A DNA stretch of 50,251 nucleotides from Octopus bimaculoides (taxonomy: Eukaryota): assembly GCF_001194135.2 (NCBI RefSeq), contig NC_068987.1:91536463-91586713 (forward strand), given 5' to 3'. The position numbers and the translations under genes are program-made. The notes beneath the pieces were generated by a model. The model was not told the origin of the DNA and did not search any database. It saw only the letters and a list, made by a program, of their open reading frames with translations. Position 1 is the first letter of the stretch. Every line of letters begins with the position of its first letter. This document shows, one piece after another, positions 48,996 through 50,251 of the stretch.

Positions 48996-49522
48996 GCGGC
49001 GAGATGTGCTTACTTCTGAGTTCAAATTCCACCGAGGTCAACTTTGCCTTTCATCCTTTCGGGGTCAGTTAAATAAGTACCAGTTGCGCATTGGTGTCGA
49101 TGTAATCGACTTAATCCCTTTGTCTGTCCTTGTTTGTGCCCTCTATGTTTAGCCCCTTATGGGCAATAAAGAAATAAACTCATTTTACTGGAGGCGGCGA
49201 GCTGGCAGAAAATTTAGCCCGCCGGGCGAAATGCTTAACGTTATTTCGTCTGTCTTGACGTTCTGACTTCAAATTCCGCCGAGGTCGACTTTGCCTTTCA
49301 TGCTTTCGGAGTCGATAAATTAAGTACCAGTTGTGTACTAGGGTCGATCTAATACTTAGCGGCATTTCGTCCGTCTTTACATTGTGACTTCATATTCCGC
49401 CGAGGTCGACTTTACCTTTCATCATTTCAGGGTCGATAAAATAACTCCCATTTGATCCCTGGGGTCGAAGTAATCGATTTACTTCTCCCTCTAAATTGCT
49501 GGCCTTGTGCCGAATCTTGAAA
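48996..49522 (+). mobile_element. Head-to-tail cluster of three SINE family B copies
   Basis: The core ttcaaattcc(a/g)ccgaggtc(a/g)acttt(g/a)cctttcatc occurs three times (about 49021, 49268, 49388). The first copy has the variant tail, the second lacks a tail and the third lacks a head. Confidence 0.88.
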
Positions 49523-49711
49523 TCGATGTTACTGGAACTTATTCGCCGATGAACGGCACGTAATACTTTTAAAAGACCAACAAATCACAGCCTTACTGTC
49601 CTTGTAAAGTAGTTTCAGCCTTAAAGCTTTGACTCCGTGTTGCTAACTACACTTTTGTTGAAGGATATTGTTTCTTACTTTAGAAGATCAGGCTTGACCA
49701 AATGCCGGTCA

Positions 49712-50225
49712 TGTGGGAAGAGAAGAGAGAGAGGTAGAGGCAGAGGGACAAAAGAATTAAGCCTCATCTTTCTTTCTCGGCCGGCCGTTGTGCGTGCAAC
49801 ATCGTTATTCCTGCCCGTGCCTGCGAAATCTTGTTTCCCTGCAGTAAGGCTTTATTTCCACATACGCCAGCTTAATTTATTTCATCCTTAGTCGAAAGAC
49901 ACCTGTTGTTATGTTCTGTTATTATTTTCATTGTATTTGTGTAACATTATTCGTTTTTTCCGTCCTTGTTTTTGTATACATTCGCTGCTTTCTTCCAAGG
50001 AATCGAATGCTCTTAGCTTAGTCTTTCCTTGAGGCTGGCCAGATTGGAGCAATATTGAGTATAACCAGCCAAAATTGCAAGGATAATCTGGAACTCGACT
50101 GATGAAAGAAAACTTCAAACGACCCGTCCTTGTTTTCTTTGTATCGTCTATCTGGATGCTTTGTTGTCCCTTTCTTGTATCACATATCTGGATGTTTTGT
50201 GTTCTTGTCCCATTTTGTATTATTT
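49712..50225 (+). mobile_element. Unclassified interspersed repeat (possibly Penelope- or LTR-derived), about 510 bp
   Basis: Begins TGTGGG. Non-coding. Contains gactgatgaaagaaaacttcaaacgacccgtcc, with a related block at about 37802-37835. Classification not supportable from sequence alone. Confidence 0.35.
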
Positions 50226-50251
50226 ATATATATGTCTATATATATATATAT

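Overview
AT-rich, microsatellite-saturated eukaryotic DNA from a gapped scaffold, with 14 N-runs, most of them bordered by TA/CA/TC tracts. I recognise the repeat families as resembling those of Octopus (coleoid cephalopod). That assignment is recall-based inference, not a search result. I can support no intact host protein-coding exon, tRNA, rRNA or CRISPR array. Almost all ORFs in the supplied track are microsatellite or N-run artefacts, so the window looks intergenic or intronic. Its recognisable content is decayed mobile DNA: four tRNA-headed SINE families (called A-D here); RLE-type LINE fragments (HERO-like, and R4/Dong-like); a Tx1/L1-like RT fragment; a Penelope RT/GIY-YIG fragment; a complete but inactivated 1.2 kb Tc1 element with DD36E-like (Incomer-type) spacing; two mariner 3' ends; and a piggyBac-type MITE. 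The most notable object is at 26678-27202. It is a Pol III (tRNA-like) SINE carrying a well-formed minimal hammerhead ribozyme of the Penelope type, bracketed by an inverted copy of its own tail and interrupted by a TTAA MITE. A second theme is that each RLE-LINE fragment abuts a different microsatellite, (GAA)n, (CATA)n or (AAT)n, which suggests microsatellite-targeting retrotransposons.
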